NCBI GenBank assembly: GCA_040752415.1
Contig: JBFMGU010000196.1
Span: forward strand, 1 to 20,318
DNA length: 20,318 nucleotides
Source of the DNA: Myxococcota bacterium
Lineage (GTDB): Bacteria > Myxococcota > JACRCW01
Reading direction: 5' to 3'
The notes under the pieces were generated by a model, which worked only from the letters and a program-made list of their open reading frames with translations, was not told where the DNA came from and did not search any database. Shown in pieces: positions 17,499 through 20,318 of the stretch; the stretch's first letter is position 1; every line of letters begins with the position of its first letter. A program made the position numbers and the translations under genes.

Positions 17499-17672
17499 GG
17501 TTCATCGGCCGCCGCAACTCCGGTCGACCTGGGTGGCGCGAGCACAGCTGACGCGATGGGGCGCCAGTGCCCTGCGTCGTCGGGGAACGCGCGGTTTTTT
17601 CGCAGCAGATTCACCACCCGGGGACATCCACCGGTCTTGTCGGCCGGACGCGCAGGCGCGAGCATCCGGGTT

Positions 17673-18560
17673 GTGCACACCCATTCCTCCCCTGATGACG
17701 TCGCCGCACCTCCGCGACCCGTGGCGACCTTCGACCTGACCCGCCGGTGCCCGCTGCGGTGTCGGCATTGCTACTTCTTCCGGGGTCCCCTCCCGCCCGA
17801 CGACGACCTGGATGACGCCACCTTCCTGGCCGGCCTGGAGGACACGGTGCGGCGTCACGGCATCCGCTCCGCCTTCTGGGTGGGCGGCGAGCCCCTGCTG
17901 CGTGCGGAGCTGTTGCGCAAGGCGGTGAGGAGCGTGCCCCGGAACGCGGTGGCCACGTCGGGAGTGGTTCCCATCCCCGCGGATCTCGAGGCCGGGCTGC
18001 TGGTCTCGGTCGACGGACCGGAGGAGCTGCATGACGGTTTGCGCGGGAGCGGCGCATTCCAGCGCACCCGGAGGAACCTGGAGGCGCTGCGGGCTCGGAC
18101 GTTCTTCCTTTCCGTGACCTTCACCAGCAGCAACCTTGCGGCGACGGAGCACCTGCCCGCGCTGCGCGAGGAGCTGGGGGCCGCGGGAATCCTCGTGGGA
18201 TTCCACGTGGGACCACCGGGTGATCCCCTGCGGGTGGCCCCGGAGCAGCGGGAGCGCGCGGTGGACCGGCTGCAGCGGCTGCCCCCGGGCACCGTCGTCA
18301 ACAGCGAGCTGGCGTTGGAGATGCTTCGTCCTTCGTGCGCGGAGGTCGTGGCGCACCGGTGCATCTACCGGCATCGCGCCATCGCCTTCGACGTGCAGCT
18401 TCGTCCCAAGACCCCGTGCACCTTCGGTCCGGCGGCGTCGTGTGACGCGTGCGGTTGCGGCATCGTGGCGGCACAGGCGGCCCTGACGCTGGGGGACGAG
18501 GATTCCCGCACGATGCTCGAGACGCTGTTCCCTCTTCGCGCGGATGCGGGAGCCCGCTGA
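17673..18560 (+). CDS. Radical SAM protein with C-terminal auxiliary Cys cluster
   Basis: CPLRCRHCY (CxxxCxxC), GGEPLL, VSVDGPEELHDGLRG and C-terminal CIY...CTFG...CDACGC. Start uncertain (GTG 17673, ATG 17556 or GTG 17721). Confidence 0.88.
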   Translation: MHTHSSPDDVAAPPRPVATFDLTRRCPLRCRHCYFFRGPLPPDDDLDDATFLAGLEDTVRRHGIRSAFWVGGEPLLRAELLRKAVRSVPRNAVATSGVVPIPADLEAGLLVSVDGPEELHDGLRGSGAFQRTRRNLEALRARTFFLSVTFTSSNLAATEHLPALREELGAAGILVGFHVGPPGDPLRVAPEQRERAVDRLQRLPPGTVVNSELALEMLRPSCAEVVAHRCIYRHRAIAFDVQLRPKTPCTFGPAASCDACGCGIVAAQAALTLGDEDSRTMLETLFPLRADAGAR

Positions 18561-18699
18561 ATCGTGTTCGGGACGACCGCGAGAGGGAAACGCGCGTGTG
18601 CCCTTCCCGGTGCGGTGCCCCCGCTCGCCCCCGGAGGTTCGTTCGTACGTCGACGTTGTCGAGATTCGCGCGTCCACCACCAGCGGGTAGACTGGGCGC

Positions 18700-20157
18700 A
18701 TGACGCGCCTCCTCGGCATCGACCTCGGCACCACGCTGTGCACCGCGGTGGTTATCGACGAGAACGGTCGCACGCTGGAGACGCGCTCCGCGCCCATTCC
18801 CACGCGCTACCCCGAGCCCGGTCGCGTGGAGCAGGACCCGCACGACCTGGTGCGCGCCGTCTCCACCGTGGTGCAACCGCTGCTCGGCACGCACCGCATT
18901 GACGCCGTGGGGATGGACAACCAGGGCGAGAGCTTCCTGCTCTGGGACCGCACCACCGGCGAGCCGGTCACTCCCAACATCGTCTGGCAGGATCAGCGTG
19001 GCGCGGAGGTGTGCCGGGAGCTGGCCACGCGCGTCGACGAGAGCGCCCTCCGGCACAAGACCGGCCTGCGCCTGGACAGCTACTTCTCCGCGCCCAAGCT
19101 CACCCAGGTGCTGCGCACCCGCCCCGACCTGCGCGACGCCGCGCGCGCCGGCAAGCTGCTCTTTGGCACCGTGGAGACCTGGACCCTGTGGAAGCTCTCC
19201 GACGGACGCCTGCACGTCACCGACCCTTCCACCGCCAGCCGCACCCTGCTCTTCGACATCCACCACCTGCGCTGGGACGACGAGCTGCTCGCGCTCTTTG
19301 ACATTCCCGCGGCCATCCTCCCCGAGGTGCGACCGAGCGCGGGTCACGTCGGGACACTCTCGCTCGGCGGCCTGGAGGTGCACGCGCTGGCGGTGGATCA
19401 ACAGGCCGCACTGTTCGGCCAGGCGTGTTTCTCGTCGGGGGAGGCCAAGTGCACCTTTGGCACGGGCAGCTTCCTGCTCATGAACACCGGCGCCACGCCG
19501 CGCGCCTCCCGTCACGGACTGCTCACCACGGTGGCGTGGCAGCTGGGCACCACCACGAGCTACGCGCTGGACGGCGGCATCTTCTGCGCCGGGAGCGCGG
19601 TGCAATGGCTCAAGGAGCAGCTGCACGTGCTGGCCACCGTCGCGGAGAGCTCGGAGGTGGCACGGGAGTCCACCGACCACGACGTCATGGTGGTGCCCAC
19701 GCTGGCCGGCCTGGCGGCTCCGCGGTGGCTGACCCAGGTGCGCGGCGCGGTGTTCGGGCTGAGCCAATCCAGCACGCACCGTGACCTCGTGCGCGGGACC
19801 CTGGACGGGATTGCCTGCCAGGTGTTCGAGGTGCTGCGCGCCATGGAGCACGACGTGGCGACGCCCTTGCAGTCGTTGAAGGTGGACGGCGGCCCCACCG
19901 AGAACGCGTACCTCATGCAGGTCCTCGCCGACGTGCTGCAGCGCCCGGTGCAGGTCTCCGCCGAGAAGGAGGCCACCGCGGTGGGCAGCGCCAACCTCGC
20001 GCTGCACGCGTTGACGGGGATTCCGCTCAGTGAGCTGGCACGTCGCTGGAAGGCGCGCGTGACCTATGAGCCACGCATGCCGGCTTCTCGTCGGGATGAA
20101 CTGCTGGAGCGCTGGGAACGCGCGGTGCGCGCGGTGCAGGCGTATCACCAGGGCTGA
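18700..20157 (+). CDS. FGGY-family carbohydrate kinase, glycerol kinase-like
   Basis: GIDLGTT, VEQDP, IVWQD, YFSAPK, TDPSTASRTLLF, DQQAALFGQACF, KCTFGTGSF and LKVDGG. The symbol glpK is withheld because key motifs deviate. Confidence 0.88.
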   Translation: MTRLLGIDLGTTLCTAVVIDENGRTLETRSAPIPTRYPEPGRVEQDPHDLVRAVSTVVQPLLGTHRIDAVGMDNQGESFLLWDRTTGEPVTPNIVWQDQRGAEVCRELATRVDESALRHKTGLRLDSYFSAPKLTQVLRTRPDLRDAARAGKLLFGTVETWTLWKLSDGRLHVTDPSTASRTLLFDIHHLRWDDELLALFDIPAAILPEVRPSAGHVGTLSLGGLEVHALAVDQQAALFGQACFSSGEAKCTFGTGSFLLMNTGATPRASRHGLLTTVAWQLGTTTSYALDGGIFCAGSAVQWLKEQLHVLATVAESSEVARESTDHDVMVVPTLAGLAAPRWLTQVRGAVFGLSQSSTHRDLVRGTLDGIACQVFEVLRAMEHDVATPLQSLKVDGGPTENAYLMQVLADVLQRPVQVSAEKEATAVGSANLALHALTGIPLSELARRWKARVTYEPRMPASRRDELLERWERAVRAVQAYHQG

Positions 20158-20206
20158 GCGCCGCGCACACGACGACGCGCCTGCCAATGACGCTCAGCAC
20201 CGTGGT

Positions 20207-20318
20207 TCACTTCTTCTTTTTCTTCTTCTTCGCCGCTTCTTCCGCGGCCTTCGCCTCTTCGGCCTTCTTCGCCTCCTCCGCGGCCTTGGCCTCCTCCGCC
20301 TTCTTGGCCTCCTCCGCG
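20207..20318 (-). CDS. 3' end of a gene with Ala/Glu/Lys-rich repeats and a poly-Lys tail (partial)
   Basis: The minus strand reads AEEAKKAEEAKAAEEAKKAEEAKAAEEAAKKKKKKK-stop and runs off the window end. Confidence 0.75.
   Translation of the reverse strand, partial: AEEAKKAEEAKAAEEAKKAEEAKAAEEAAKKKKKKK

Overview
Very GC-rich bacterial DNA. Cys-rich secreted proteins, Ser/Gly-rich lipoproteins and a class III cyclase suggest a Myxococcota-like host (inference). The left part (about 0.3-13.1 kb) is accessory. It holds a translationally coupled pair of secreted proteins (a Zn-dependent phospholipase C/P1-nuclease-fold enzyme and a PQQ-like beta-propeller protein), a PhyH-family 2OG-Fe(II) dioxygenase, a multidomain adenylate cyclase, a Ser-rich lipoprotein, a Kelch protein with an Asn/Thr/Ile-rich tract, and a broken minus-strand locus with two coding halves joined out of frame near 12507. 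At 13256-14095 is an 840-bp non-coding foldback element (267/268-bp near-perfect inverted arms around a 305-bp spacer). Its 20-bp terminus recurs at 187-206, and a decayed 92-bp tandem duplication follows it. The right part (14.3-20.2 kb) is a possible lipid head-group cluster: a small lipoprotein, a PssA-like CDP-alcohol phosphatidyltransferase fused to a DUF4870-like domain, a class V PLP enzyme lacking the usual carboxylate-binding Arg, a radical SAM protein and a GlpK-like FGGY kinase with an altered substrate motif. The window ends in the 3' end of an AEEAKK-repeat gene. No rRNA, tRNA, CRISPR, transposase or integrase was recognised. All family calls come from reading motifs by eye, not from database searches.
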